A stretch of DNA of 64,000 bases from Nanobdellota archaeon (GCA_038046005.1 JBBSXB010000009.1:7952-71951), one strand, 5' to 3'. Numbered from the stretch's first letter, positions 20,004 to 29,358 are shown. Notes: a model not told the origin generated them from the letters alone. Made by a program: numbers and translations.

Positions 20004-20516
20004 ATGAAAAGATTAATGATTGATAAAACTTCAAGAATAATAAAAAATAAAAAAAAGCTTGAAGAAACCCTGAATGCCGCTATAAGCACTAAAGATAAAG
20101 AAGTGTTCATAGAAGCCACTCCTGAAGATGAATATGTTGCAGAAAAAGTTGTAGAGGCTTTAAATTTTGGATTTCCTTTTTCAGTAGCATTAACACTAAG
20201 AGAAGATGCTTTATTTGAAACAATGAGCATAAAAGATCACACTACAAAAAAAGACTTTGCAAGAATAAGGGCAAGAATAATAGGAAAAAATGGAAAAACT
20301 TTAAGGGCTCTTTCAGAGTTGACAAAATGCCATTTCGAGCTTAAAGGGAATGTAGTTGGGATTATTGGAGAACCCGAGTATATAAAAAATGCCCAAATGT
20401 CTGTCATCTCTTTGATAAAAGGTTCAAAACAAGCAAATGTTTATGCTTATCTTGAAAAGCATCAAGTTCAGCCAATTATTGATTTGGGATTGAAAGATAT
20501 GGGAAAGAAAAAGTAA
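20004..20516 (+). CDS. KH-domain RNA-binding protein
   Basis: KH GXXG-type motif IIGKNGKTLRALSELTKC and a second KH-like repeat. Confidence 0.65.
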   Translation: MKRLMIDKTSRIIKNKKKLEETLNAAISTKDKEVFIEATPEDEYVAEKVVEALNFGFPFSVALTLREDALFETMSIKDHTTKKDFARIRARIIGKNGKTLRALSELTKCHFELKGNVVGIIGEPEYIKNAQMSVISLIKGSKQANVYAYLEKHQVQPIIDLGLKDMGKKK

Positions 20517-20804
20517 TTAAAACACTTTTTCCATCTCAGTCATTGCTTGTTCTAAACTTAAATTTCTTCTTGGAGTATGACTATCTTTGATATCTTTTAC
20601 TCTCATATAAATGCCACACGTTGTTAAAATAGCTAATTGGGTTATTTTTCCCTTATCACCAAGTGCAGGACCAATTCTAACATTTGCGCCATGTAAGGCC
20701 AAAATCTTATTCATTGGATCATAACCTTCAGGACGAATTGTAGGCATAGTATTATCTACATAAAAAAAAGCTTTGTATTCATCTTTATAATTTACATTGC
20801 TCAT
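20517..20804 (-). CDS. hypothetical protein
   Basis: ORF track. Confidence 0.3.
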   Translation of the reverse strand: MSNVNYKDEYKAFFYVDNTMPTIRPEGYDPMNKILALHGANVRIGPALGDKGKITQLAILTTCGIYMRVKDIKDSHTPRRNLSLEQAMTEMEKVF

Positions 20805-20889
20805 GATAAAATAATATCTACACCCTTTATATTAATTATTGTACTCTATCAAACAATTATCGACTTGTGTTTAAAGAAAAAGTAAAGGG

Positions 20890-21205
20890 TTTTATTTAAT
20901 TTTTTCTAGAGGTTGTACAATCAACATATGAAGTCCCCTTTCTGCTATATATCTTCTCGTAATTCTTTGATGTGGTTTATAATCTATCTCCTTGCTATCA
21001 GATTTTGAAAAAACTGCAATTCCTTGATATTTAAAATTATCACCATTAGAATCTCTTATAGCCCCGCTAAAATACGTGCAGTAGGACTAATTTCTCTTGT
21101 TGGATATTCTAAATCCACTAAAGCAGGATTACCTTTAGTGATATATCCTTGAGATTTTATCTCAGACAAAGCCATGTCTTTAAAAAAACGATAATCTAAA
21201 GCCAT
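20890..21205 (-). pseudogene. frameshifted ORF remnant (~100 codons in two frames)
   Basis: Minus strand ATG at 21205 gives 49 codons (MALDYRFFKDMALSEIKSQGYITKGNPALVDLEYPTREISPTARILAGL*); a +2 shift continues ~55 codons (RDSNGDNFKYQGIAVFSKSD...QPLEKIK*). Sits in a ~500-nt region next to tRNA-Asn that otherwise lacks ORFs. Confidence 0.3.
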
Positions 21206-21310
21206 GTACTAGACACAACTGATATCTTTAAAAGTATTATTATAAACTAAAAGTATATTCAAAAATCCAAACAAAAACCTTTAAATAACAATTTCTGTTA
21301 AAAATTTCAT

Positions 21311-21433
21311 GTCCGGGTAGCTCAGTCGGTAGAGCGCACGGCTGTTACAACACGAACTGAAAAGTTCGTGGAGTCTGATAGCTCAGATAACGCAGAGACC
21401 GTGAAGTCGCAGGTTCGAGTCCTGCCCTGGACG
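21311..21433 (+). tRNA. tRNA-Asn(GTT) with 50-nt intron at 37/38
   Basis: GTCCGGG acceptor, D-arm GCTC-AGTCGGTA-GAGC, anticodon stem CACGG/CCGTG with loop CUGUUA|A, variable AAGTC, T-arm GCAGG-TTCGAGT-CCTGC, discriminator G. Confidence 0.55.
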
Positions 21434-21501
21434 TTAAATTTTAATGAACGACCTTAGCCAAATGAGAATCGTTTGAGCCTGGACGTTTTATTTTTAAGAT
21501 T

Positions 21502-21786
21502 ATGCGTTTTATTTTTAAACTCCTTCTTCCTAGTTTATTAATGGACCCAAAACTAAAAAAGATAATAATCATAATCCTAATACTAATATGCATTCTAGCA
21601 ATGGTTCTTATTTTAAAAAGATCTTTATATGAAAAAGGCAGTTTAACAGATTCTGAAAAAAACTGCGCAACATATTCAAAACAATGCACATGTTTAGGGT
21701 TTTTAGCGGAAGAACTCACTTACCCCTCAGCGTATAGTTGTGATGGAATAGAATTATGCAGAAATATCAATAAGGAAGTTTGCTAA
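21502..21786 (+). CDS. small membrane protein with Cys-rich tail
   Basis: TM segment KIIIIILILICILAMVLIL; C-terminal CATYSKQCTCLGF...CDGIELC. Confidence 0.3.
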   Translation: MRFIFKLLLPSLLMDPKLKKIIIIILILICILAMVLILKRSLYEKGSLTDSEKNCATYSKQCTCLGFLAEELTYPSAYSCDGIELCRNINKEVC

Positions 21787-22217
21787 AATTTTGCAACTAT
21801 TTTTATAAACCCATAGATGTTAAAAATAATATGAGATCAAATTATGAAATGAGCGATCTGGCACTAAAAGCAGCAATAGGGATTGGTCTAGATCTTCGCG
21901 GGGAAAATAATCCATATCTTAAAGCAATAAATGACCTATCAAAGGAATTATACGAATTTTCTCGAACTAGTGAAAAAAAAGCAAGTTCGACAAGTGAGCT
22001 AATGATACTAGCAGGAGTAATATGGCCAAACAAAGAAAATTGGAAGGGCAAAAAAGTTGAAGATGTTTTATTACAAACCTATCTTCTTGCAAAGAATTTA
22101 GAAACAATATCTATAGCAACAGAAAATGAGAAAGAATCTATTAAAAGTATCTGTCTAGATTTACAGGGTCAATTCTCACATTATATGGAACAATTTAGAA
22201 GAAGTCTAGTTGCTTAA
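21780..22217 (+). CDS. hypothetical protein
   Basis: ORF track. Confidence 0.3.
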   Translation: MLKFCNYFYKPIDVKNNMRSNYEMSDLALKAAIGIGLDLRGENNPYLKAINDLSKELYEFSRTSEKKASSTSELMILAGVIWPNKENWKGKKVEDVLLQTYLLAKNLETISIATENEKESIKSICLDLQGQFSHYMEQFRRSLVA

Positions 22218-22619
22218 TCACTTCTTCTTCTTAAACTCCAGTGAGCAAGAATTAACACAATATCTTTTTCCTGTTGGCTTTGGCCCGTCATTGAAAACAT
22301 GGCCTAAATGTCCACCACATTTTGCACAAATAACTTCTTTTTGAGGAATAATTAAAGAAAAATCATTTTGTAACTTAACAGCACCTTTTTCAGCATCATA
22401 AAAGCTAGGCCAGCCTGTTCCTGAATCAAATTTTGTCTTTGAACTAAAAACCAAGTTTCCGCATGCAGCACACCTATATCCTCCGTCCTTTTTGTTGTAA
22501 AGTAACTTTCCTGTTCCAGGCATCTCAGTTCCTTTTTCAAACAAAACATTATATTGTTCGGGAGTAAGCTTATCTTTCATTTTGTTTATTGATGGTTTTT
22601 TCATAAAAATACATACCAA
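22218..22619 (-). CDS. msrB: peptide-methionine (R)-S-oxide reductase MsrB
   Basis: Two CxxC zinc motifs (CAACGN..., [12 protein letters not shown]) and the GWPSF active-site region. Confidence 0.9.
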   Translation of the reverse strand: MVCIFMKKPSINKMKDKLTPEQYNVLFEKGTEMPGTGKLLYNKKDGGYRCAACGNLVFSSKTKFDSGTGWPSFYDAEKGAVKLQNDFSLIIPQKEVICAKCGGHLGHVFNDGPKPTGKRYCVNSCSLEFKKKK

Positions 22620-22653
22620 AAACCTTTTTAATTCTTATTAGGCTTGAGTTATA

Positions 22654-23916
22654 ATGAAACCTCAACCCAAAAAAATCCTTTTAGCAATGTCAGGAGGAGT
22701 TGATTCTAGCGTAGCAGCTTATTTGTTAAAAAAGCAAGGCTATGAAATTGTTGGTGCATTCATGAAAAACTGGGGCAACACAAAAAATGATTTTGGAGAG
22801 TGTGCTTGGAGAGGTGAAAGAAGATACGCATTGAAAATCGCGGCAATGCTTGAAATCCCATTAATAACTTTGGATTTTGAAAAAGAATACAAAAAATATG
22901 TTGTTGAAAAAATGTTCAAATTATACAAACAGGGAATAACTCCCAACCCTGATATTGACTGCAATGAAAAAATAAAATTTCCTTTGTTAATTAAAGCTGC
23001 AAAAAAACTTAACTGCGATTGCATTGCAACAGGTCATTATTCTAGAATAAAAAAATTGAAAGCTAGGGTGGGCGAGCGATTTCGCGGTGGAATTGGTAAA
23101 GATTTGGAAGCGGGGTCGCGAGTTGGTCGGAGAGATGGTAGTGGGACAAAATACCTCTTCGAACTCCACAGGGCAAAAGATGAATCAAAAGACCAATCAT
23201 ATTTCCTCTATAGATTAAAACAAAAAGAACTTGCCAAAGCTCTTTTCCCAATAGGAAATTTTTCAAAACAAGAGATAAGAGAAATCGCAAAAAAACAAAA
23301 CTTTCCAAATTACGATAAAAAAAGCACTGTTGGAATTTGCTTTATTGGAAAAATTAATTTGAAAAAATTCCTCCAGAAAAAAATAAAGCCAAAAAAAGGA
23401 ATAATTCTTGATCCAGATGGGAATAAAATAGGAGAGCATGATGGAATTTATTATTACACAATTGGCCAAAGAATAGGCCCAAGATTTGGAATTGAGGTTG
23501 AAAAACAAGAGATAATACAAAAAAGATGGTATGTTGCAAAAAAAGACAATAAAAAAAATATAATAACAGCAGCTCCAGAAGGCCATGATTTAAATTTCAG
23601 AAAAGAAATTTTTGTGAAGGATGCACACTGGATTAATAATAATAATAATAATAATAACTTTAGCCCTTCTTCAATTAAAACCAAATCAATTTCGAGCGAA
23701 GCGAGACTATCTGGGGGCTGGGTGGGTGGGAAAGAAATCAAAGTCCTCTCTAGAATACGTCAAGTTGGTGAACTTCTCCCAAGCAAAATAAAATTTGAAA
23801 ATAAAAATATCAAAGTCACATTAAACAAAGCGATAACAGGAGTTTCAGAAGGCCAGGCAATTGTATTATATCAAGAAACAAAATGCATTGGTGGTGGAGT
23901 CATAAGTTTTCACTAA
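22654..23916 (+). CDS. mnmA: tRNA-specific 2-thiouridylase MnmA (with lineage-specific insertions)
   Basis: PP-loop LLAMSGGVDSSVAAYLL, CIATGHYSRI, DQSYFLY motifs; carries two insertions not present in E. coli MnmA. Confidence 0.85.
   Translation: MKPQPKKILLAMSGGVDSSVAAYLLKKQGYEIVGAFMKNWGNTKNDFGECAWRGERRYALKIAAMLEIPLITLDFEKEYKKYVVEKMFKLYKQGITPNPDIDCNEKIKFPLLIKAAKKLNCDCIATGHYSRIKKLKARVGERFRGGIGKDLEAGSRVGRRDGSGTKYLFELHRAKDESKDQSYFLYRLKQKELAKALFPIGNFSKQEIREIAKKQNFPNYDKKSTVGICFIGKINLKKFLQKKIKPKKGIILDPDGNKIGEHDGIYYYTIGQRIGPRFGIEVEKQEIIQKRWYVAKKDNKKNIITAAPEGHDLNFRKEIFVKDAHWINNNNNNNNFSPSSIKTKSISSEARLSGGWVGGKEIKVLSRIRQVGELLPSKIKFENKNIKVTLNKAITGVSEGQAIVLYQETKCIGGGVISFH
23634..23657 (+). repeat. (AAT)n microsatellite inside mnmA coding for poly-Asn
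   Basis: taataataataataataataataa run translated as NNNNNNNN. Confidence 0.8.
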
Positions 23917-23948
23917 ATTTATAAAGAGAGAGAGAGAGTTAGTATTCT

Positions 23949-24386
23949 ATGGAAAAAATGAGCAAAGGTGAAATAGTCTTTGTTGTTATTGTTATATTAC
24001 TTATTGTAGCTGCAATGTGGGTAGCTCCTCTTTTTGTACAAGATAAGAATCTTAATCTAAAAAATCAAATATATGTAACAATTATTGGTTTATTTTTAAT
24101 TTTCTTTGTTGTAAAATATAAAAATCAAATAACTAAACCTAAAAATAAATTTGAACAATATACAGGTAAAGTAAGTGGATGGTATAGATTAATTTATTCT
24201 TATATATACTTAATCGGAGGGATAGTCTTTACTATTGCTGGAATATTAATGATTTTTAAAGAAAGCAAATATTGGTATCTTGGACTTCTTGCGATATTAG
24301 CTGGTTGTGGTATTATATATCTTTCAAGAAAAGTAAGAATCGTTGCAAAAGAGATTTTAGAAAAAACCAAAAGTGTTGCAAGATAA
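23949..24386 (+). CDS. hypothetical membrane protein
   Basis: Four predicted TM helices. Confidence 0.35.
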   Translation: MEKMSKGEIVFVVIVILLIVAAMWVAPLFVQDKNLNLKNQIYVTIIGLFLIFFVVKYKNQITKPKNKFEQYTGKVSGWYRLIYSYIYLIGGIVFTIAGILMIFKESKYWYLGLLAILAGCGIIYLSRKVRIVAKEILEKTKSVAR

Positions 24387-24428
24387 CTTTTCAATAACCT
24401 TTTTATAATCCTAATTCTTTAATAAACC

Positions 24429-24986
24429 ATGGATTTAGACCATGTAATTCATGCAAGAAGAAGCATTAGAGAATTCTCAACAGAAAAACCTGATTGGAGA
24501 TTAGTTATTGAAGCAATTGATGCGGCAAGATTTGCCCCCACATCAGGCAATAATTTCACAACAAAATTTCTTATGGTGTCTGACCCTGAGAAAATATCAG
24601 TTTTGGCAGAAGCAACTCAACAACATTTTGTTGGAAAAGCGAAGTGCATTGTCGTGGTTTGTTCCTCTCCTGCAAGAACCATAAATGCGTATGGCGAAGC
24701 TGGAAAAGCTTATGTAAGACAACAAGCCGGAGCAACCATTCAAAACTTTCTTTTAAAATTAACAGAGTTAGGGTTGGGAACTTGTTGGATTGGTTATTTT
24801 GCAGAGGAAATAATAAAAGAAACTCTAAAAATTCCTAAAGAAATCCAAGTAGAAGCTTTATTTCCTGTAGGTTTTATTTCAGAAAAAAATAAAGGAATAA
24901 AAAGCAGCATAGATTTAGATAATATATTATACTTTGAAGAATATGGAAATAAAAGAATGAAAAAAATAAACAAAATTGAGGTATAA
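24429..24986 (+). CDS. nitroreductase-family protein
   Basis: N-terminal RRSIREFSTEKPD...AARFAPTSGNNFTTKFLMV typical of the NADH oxidase/nitroreductase family. Confidence 0.8.
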   Translation: MDLDHVIHARRSIREFSTEKPDWRLVIEAIDAARFAPTSGNNFTTKFLMVSDPEKISVLAEATQQHFVGKAKCIVVVCSSPARTINAYGEAGKAYVRQQAGATIQNFLLKLTELGLGTCWIGYFAEEIIKETLKIPKEIQVEALFPVGFISEKNKGIKSSIDLDNILYFEEYGNKRMKKINKIEV

Positions 24987-24988
24987 AA

Positions 24989-25588
24989 ATGGGTGAAGAA
25001 AATTTATCGACACAGCCGGTTTCAACATATCTTCCAAAATCCAATACAGAAGATGTGCCGCAAAAGAAAAATGTATTTCTAGCATTTATTCTTACAGTAA
25101 TAACTTTATGTGTGTACACCCCATTATGGTACTTAAAAAGAACACGACAATTTTATAATCTCGGCACAACAAAAAGATTAGTCAGGATTCTTCCATCCTT
25201 GCTTTTATTCTTCCAAATAATATTAATAGTTTGTGTTGTTGCTTTCGTAACCACTCTGTCTTCTAGCATGGGCACATTTTTTCAGAACGTCACAACTTTA
25301 CAGGCCGCTCTTTTATTTTTGATACTGGTCTCAGCAATAATAACCTTCCTATTGACAATAATAACTGCATTCTATTCCAGAACAATAATGAACCAGGCTC
25401 TAGAAAATAAAGGGGTTAAGAAAAAGCTCTCAATTTTCCATACTTTAATTTTTGGCCATTTATACCTTCAATACGAAATTAATAGAATAATGAACGACAA
25501 CGAAGAAAAACCAAGAATTGCTCCGTTAGTTGTTTTGTTATTGATATTATTGGCTGTAGGAATTGGAATGTACTTATTGCTCAAGTGA
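24989..25588 (+). CDS. hypothetical membrane protein
   Basis: Several TM helices; ORF track. Confidence 0.35.
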   Translation: MGEENLSTQPVSTYLPKSNTEDVPQKKNVFLAFILTVITLCVYTPLWYLKRTRQFYNLGTTKRLVRILPSLLLFFQIILIVCVVAFVTTLSSSMGTFFQNVTTLQAALLFLILVSAIITFLLTIITAFYSRTIMNQALENKGVKKKLSIFHTLIFGHLYLQYEINRIMNDNEEKPRIAPLVVLLLILLAVGIGMYLLLK

Positions 25589-25933
25589 AACTTCTAAAAA
25601 TTTCCAATCCATATGTTGTATCTTAATATCTTTTTCCTTAATTCTTAAAATTTTACAGACTTCATCATAACTTTTTTCCAAAATCAAACTAACTGGAAGA
25701 AAATTTGAATCTAAAGAAGCATGAAAATCCAAAACTCTTTTTTCAACAGGACTTCTTTGTTGAGGTGTTCCATAAAAAAAATCCTCATGCCATTGAGTAA
25801 AACTCCCATTATCTGCTAGAGTATATTGCGACGCGACAGCAAATTCAACTCCCCTAATTTTAGATAAAGAATATTGAACTACTTTTGTTGCTTTTCCATC
25901 AAAATAATGAATTTCCGGGTTTTGAAATTTCAT
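25574..25933 (-). CDS. hypothetical protein
   Basis: ORF track. Confidence 0.3.
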   Translation of the reverse strand: MKFQNPEIHYFDGKATKVVQYSLSKIRGVEFAVASQYTLADNGSFTQWHEDFFYGTPQQRSPVEKRVLDFHASLDSNFLPVSLILEKSYDEVCKILRIKEKDIKIQHMDWKFLEVSLEQ

Positions 25934-26025
25934 TAAAAAATCATCTAAAATAAGTTTAAAAAACTATGCAAAAGAAAAAAAGAAAAAACCTCGGGAAACC
26001 CCGAGGCGTAAAATCAAATTATGAT

Positions 26026-27102
26026 TTAACCGTAAATTTCTATGCCAAGATCAGACATCTCTCTACGTGCTGGCTTGCTGTCTTCATAGCCCTTTCCAAG
26101 TACATAAGGAGACTTAACACCAGTCATTATGGTGATAACTCTAACCTTTCCGACAAAGTCTTTGCTGATTCTCGCTCCAATAATAACCTGTGCATCTGGG
26201 CTTAAGTTTTCAGAAACAATTCTACCGATAAGATCGAATTCTTCCAGCTTAAGATCAGGTCCGCAAGTTATGTGTATCAAAGCACCAGTAGCTCCTTGGT
26301 AGTCAACATCCAATAAAGGGTGTGTAAGAGCCTGCTTTACAGCTTCATTAACTCTATCTTGCGTGTCTGCTTCTCCAATTCCAATAACAGCAACTCCGCC
26401 GTCTTTCATTATTGCTGAAACGTCTGCATAGTCTAGATTAATCAAGCTAGGCAATGTTATAGTCTCAACAATACCCTTTATCATTGTACTAACTAGTTCG
26501 TTAGCGACAGCAAAGGCTTGTTCAATTGGCAACTGGCCGGCAATGTCTACTAGTCTGTTATTATCCAAAACAATACATGTGTTGGACATTTCTCTAAGCT
26601 CCTGAAGTCCGAATTCAGCTTTGTCAACTCTTGCTCTTTCAGCTTCAAAAGGCATAGTTACAACACCAATAACAACAGCACCAGTTTCTTTAGCAAGTTG
26701 AGCAATGACAGGAGCAGCACCAGTTCCGGTTCCACCACCCATTCCAGCAATTACGAACACCATGTCTGCATTAGCAACAGCTTTTTTCAAGTCAACAAGT
26801 GCTTCTTTAGCAGCTTCTCTTCCTCTTTGAGGCATTCCTCCGCATCCAAGACCTCTTGTTAATTCCTTACCAATAAGAATCTTGTCGTCAGATTTTGAAA
26901 CGCTCAAATGCAAAGCATCTGTATTTGCAGCAAAAATAGTGGCACCATTTATTCCTTTGTTGTAAAGCCAGGTTACAGCATTGCAACCCATTCCACCGAC
27001 ACCAATAACCTTGATGTTAGCTTTTCCAGCTTTCAACTCATCGAAATTAATACTGTGAGTCTCTGTCTTGTCTATGGCTTCTTTTGCAAAATCTAATACC
27101 AT
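26026..27102 (-). CDS. ftsZ: cell division GTPase FtsZ
   Basis: Tubulin signature GGGTGTG, NTD, and T7-loop NLDYADV regions. Confidence 0.95.
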   Translation of the reverse strand: MVLDFAKEAIDKTETHSINFDELKAGKANIKVIGVGGMGCNAVTWLYNKGINGATIFAANTDALHLSVSKSDDKILIGKELTRGLGCGGMPQRGREAAKEALVDLKKAVANADMVFVIAGMGGGTGTGAAPVIAQLAKETGAVVIGVVTMPFEAERARVDKAEFGLQELREMSNTCIVLDNNRLVDIAGQLPIEQAFAVANELVSTMIKGIVETITLPSLINLDYADVSAIMKDGGVAVIGIGEADTQDRVNEAVKQALTHPLLDVDYQGATGALIHITCGPDLKLEEFDLIGRIVSENLSPDAQVIIGARISKDFVGKVRVITIMTGVKSPYVLGKGYEDSKPARREMSDLGIEIYG

Positions 27103-27108
27103 TTTTTT

Positions 27109-27113
27109 CCTCC
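27109..27113 (-). promoter_or_regulatory. Shine-Dalgarno (GGAGG) 6 nt upstream of ftsZ ATG
   Basis: Minus strand reads GAAAGGAGGAAAAAAATG. Confidence 0.5.
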
Positions 27114-27193
27114 TTTCAATTATTTTTGTTTTAGTTCTTCGTTTTCAAAACGATTTGGGCGAAAACTTTTAATTTTCAGCCTGATTAGTTGTT

Positions 27194-27222
27194 TTTTCGT
27201 CTATGACGAAAAGTTTATATAG
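27194..27222 (-). promoter_or_regulatory. ftsZ promoter: TATA-like box (minus strand CTATATAAA) followed by perfect 19-bp palindrome TTTTCGTC-TAT-GACGAAAA (operator-like)
   Basis: Palindrome at 27194..27212 lies between the TATA-like box (27214..27222) and the expected TSS, ~90-115 nt upstream of ftsZ. Confidence 0.35.
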
Positions 27223-27276
27223 TTATTACACTGTCAACTAATAGAGAATGAGGAATCGCCTCTGCATGCAAAGGTA

Positions 27277-27298
27277 TTAATTGACGGCAATCAATTAA
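27277..27298. promoter_or_regulatory. inverted repeat TTAATTGA-CGGCAA-TCAATTAA
   Basis: 8-bp perfect arms with 6-nt spacer in the intergenic region between the small gene (27409..27648) and the ftsZ promoter. Confidence 0.3.
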
Positions 27299-27408
27299 TA
27301 TAATGAAAGGAACAGAGGATTGTTCTATTTAAACTTTTTTATTTTCCAAAACATGCTTTTGAAAATGGATTTTTGAAATAATTTTAAGAATTATCCAAAT
27401 TTTTTAGA

Positions 27409-27648
27409 TTAATTCGTTCTAAACCCGTGTTTCTCCAGATAATCTCTAAGAGAACTGTCGTGTCCATCATTGATTATGACAGTTCCTCCCTGAACAACAA
27501 CACTTCCAATGATGAGTTTGTGTAAATTTTCACCAGAGTAACATTCAACTGTCGTGGTTTCCCCTTCATGCACAAGACTAAACCTATAATAGGGATGTGC
27601 GAAACTAAATGCAGTACACACATCCAAGATTTTTGTTAATGTTGTCAT
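27409..27648 (-). CDS. hypothetical small protein (79 aa)
   Basis: ORF track; 5 nt downstream of the DHH gene. Confidence 0.3.
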   Translation of the reverse strand: MTTLTKILDVCTAFSFAHPYYRFSLVHEGETTTVECYSGENLHKLIIGSVVVQGGTVIINDGHDSSLRDYLEKHGFRTN

Positions 27649-27653
27649 AAAAA

Positions 27654-28718
27654 TCAGTTCAATATGTTTCTTTTAAACCTTTCTAAATCTTTTTTTAAAA
27701 AACTTCCACCAGATGCTTTTTTATGCCCGCCAGCTAAAGCATCTTCAAGACCATTTATAGATTTTTGCAGTAAAAGATTTACATCAACATCTCCAGACTG
27801 GCTTCTTGCCGAAACCTTGCATTTTCCAGGTTCTCTTTGAGAGTCAGAAACAAAGACAATTGTTTTGCCCGGGATTTCAATAGAAAGAGTTGTGCATATT
27901 GCAGAGGTGATTCCAAATTTAGGGGCCCCATAAAAGAAAAGCAATTTTTTATTTTCATAAAATTCAGCGTTTTTTTTAAACTTGTCAATCCATTTTTTAA
28001 ATTCTTTATCAATTTCTCTTCTTGCTTTTTCCATGGATTTAATGTCTTTTTCCTTCAAAAGATTATAAACACCTTTTAAATCATCATTATAGTATATTAT
28101 CGCAGCCCCGATTGTTTGCATTAACTCCCCTGGAACTGAATCCATGATGTTATCTTCAGTAATTGAATGGTATTTTTTCTGAAGCAATTTTAAATTTTCT
28201 TCAGCAAAGTAAGACCTGTCCGCTATCAGTGTGGCTTCTAAGAGCCAATCAAGATTAGAGACGTCAAAATAATGTTTGGCTAAACCATAAATTATCAAAG
28301 CGGCACAAAAAGGGGTTTCTGCTTTTATTATGTTTTTTATATTTTTAATTTTGGAATTTATTGGATGGTGATCAATCACAAACAAATCAAAATCACTAAA
28401 GGCATCAATCAAAAAATTTATATCATCTCTTCCGTCAGCATATATATCACTCATCAAAATTTTTTTTATGCCTTCCTTTTTACATTTGCTAAAACAATTT
28501 TCTAATTCACCATAGTTGATAAGCTCTACAAATTTTGGTTTTATTCTTTTAAAATCAAGTATTTTTTCAAGAAAAAAAGCGCTCGCAAGCCCATCTAGAT
28601 CATTGTGACTTATTATTGCAACATCATCCTCTTTTGTTATCGAATCGACAAAATTCCAGAAATCTTTTTCCTGCCCCATTAAAAATTTCATCTTATTCCT
28701 TTTCCAAAACCAAAACAT
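27654..28718 (-). CDS. DHH/DHHA1-family phosphoesterase (NrnA-like nanoRNase / pAp phosphatase candidate)
   Basis: DHH motifs ISHNDLDGLASA, VIDHHP; DHHA1 motif GGHKKASGG. Confidence 0.75.
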   Translation of the reverse strand: MFWFWKRNKMKFLMGQEKDFWNFVDSITKEDDVAIISHNDLDGLASAFFLEKILDFKRIKPKFVELINYGELENCFSKCKKEGIKKILMSDIYADGRDDINFLIDAFSDFDLFVIDHHPINSKIKNIKNIIKAETPFCAALIIYGLAKHYFDVSNLDWLLEATLIADRSYFAEENLKLLQKKYHSITEDNIMDSVPGELMQTIGAAIIYYNDDLKGVYNLLKEKDIKSMEKARREIDKEFKKWIDKFKKNAEFYENKKLLFFYGAPKFGITSAICTTLSIEIPGKTIVFVSDSQREPGKCKVSARSQSGDVDVNLLLQKSINGLEDALAGGHKKASGGSFLKKDLERFKRNILN

Positions 28719-29358
28719 TTATTCCGGCTTCATGGCAAAGCCCTGAAAACTCCTTGGCATCATCATCGCTACCAACAATGCTTCCCCAATGCATAGGAAT
28801 TACAATTGAAGGTTTTATTATTTTAGCGGCCTCTGCAGCCTCTTCAGCACCCATTGTAAATCGCCCACCTATGGGGAGCAAAGCAACAAAAGTTTTGCCC
28901 TGCTGCTTGAATCCCGTAAGTTTTTTCATTTCTGGAATTAAATCACAATCTCCGCTATGATAGACAATAACCTCATTCATTTTTATTATATATCCAACCC
29001 AGCCTTCATCTTTAGGATGAAAATGTTTCCCGATATTATACGCAGGAACAGTGACAATTTTAACCTCCCCTAAATCAAGTTCTTGTCCTGCCTCTACAAG
29101 TTCCATTTTTATAGGAATGTCAAACTTTGTGACACTGCTTTGGCAGTCAGCAGTCATAATAATTTTTGTCCCTTCTTTTGCAACTTTTTTCAAGTCAGCA
29201 AAACTGCAATGGTCATAATGGCTGTGGGTTATGAGAATTATATCTGCTTTAGGCAGTCCGTCTTTTATGTTGTAAGGGTCAATATAAATTGTCTTGGAAT
29301 TCTGAATAAGAAAACCAGAATGCCCCAGCCATTTTAGTTCAATATCTTCAATTTTCAT
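28693..29358 (-). CDS. MBL-fold metallo-hydrolase
   Basis: ILITHSHYDHC zinc-binding motif (HxHxDH). Confidence 0.8.
   Translation of the reverse strand: MKIEDIELKWLGHSGFLIQNSKTIYIDPYNIKDGLPKADIILITHSHYDHCSFADLKKVAKEGTKIIMTADCQSSVTKFDIPIKMELVEAGQELDLGEVKIVTVPAYNIGKHFHPKDEGWVGYIIKMNEVIVYHSGDCDLIPEMKKLTGFKQQGKTFVALLPIGGRFTMGAEEAAEAAKIIKPSIVIPMHWGSIVGSDDDAKEFSGLCHEAGINVLVLEKE

Noticed and set aside
23634-23657. (AAT)8 run and other short A/T homopolymers considered as CRISPR-like or repeat arrays
   Set aside because: They are simple microsatellites within a coding frame. There is no repeat-spacer periodicity anywhere in the window and no cas genes.
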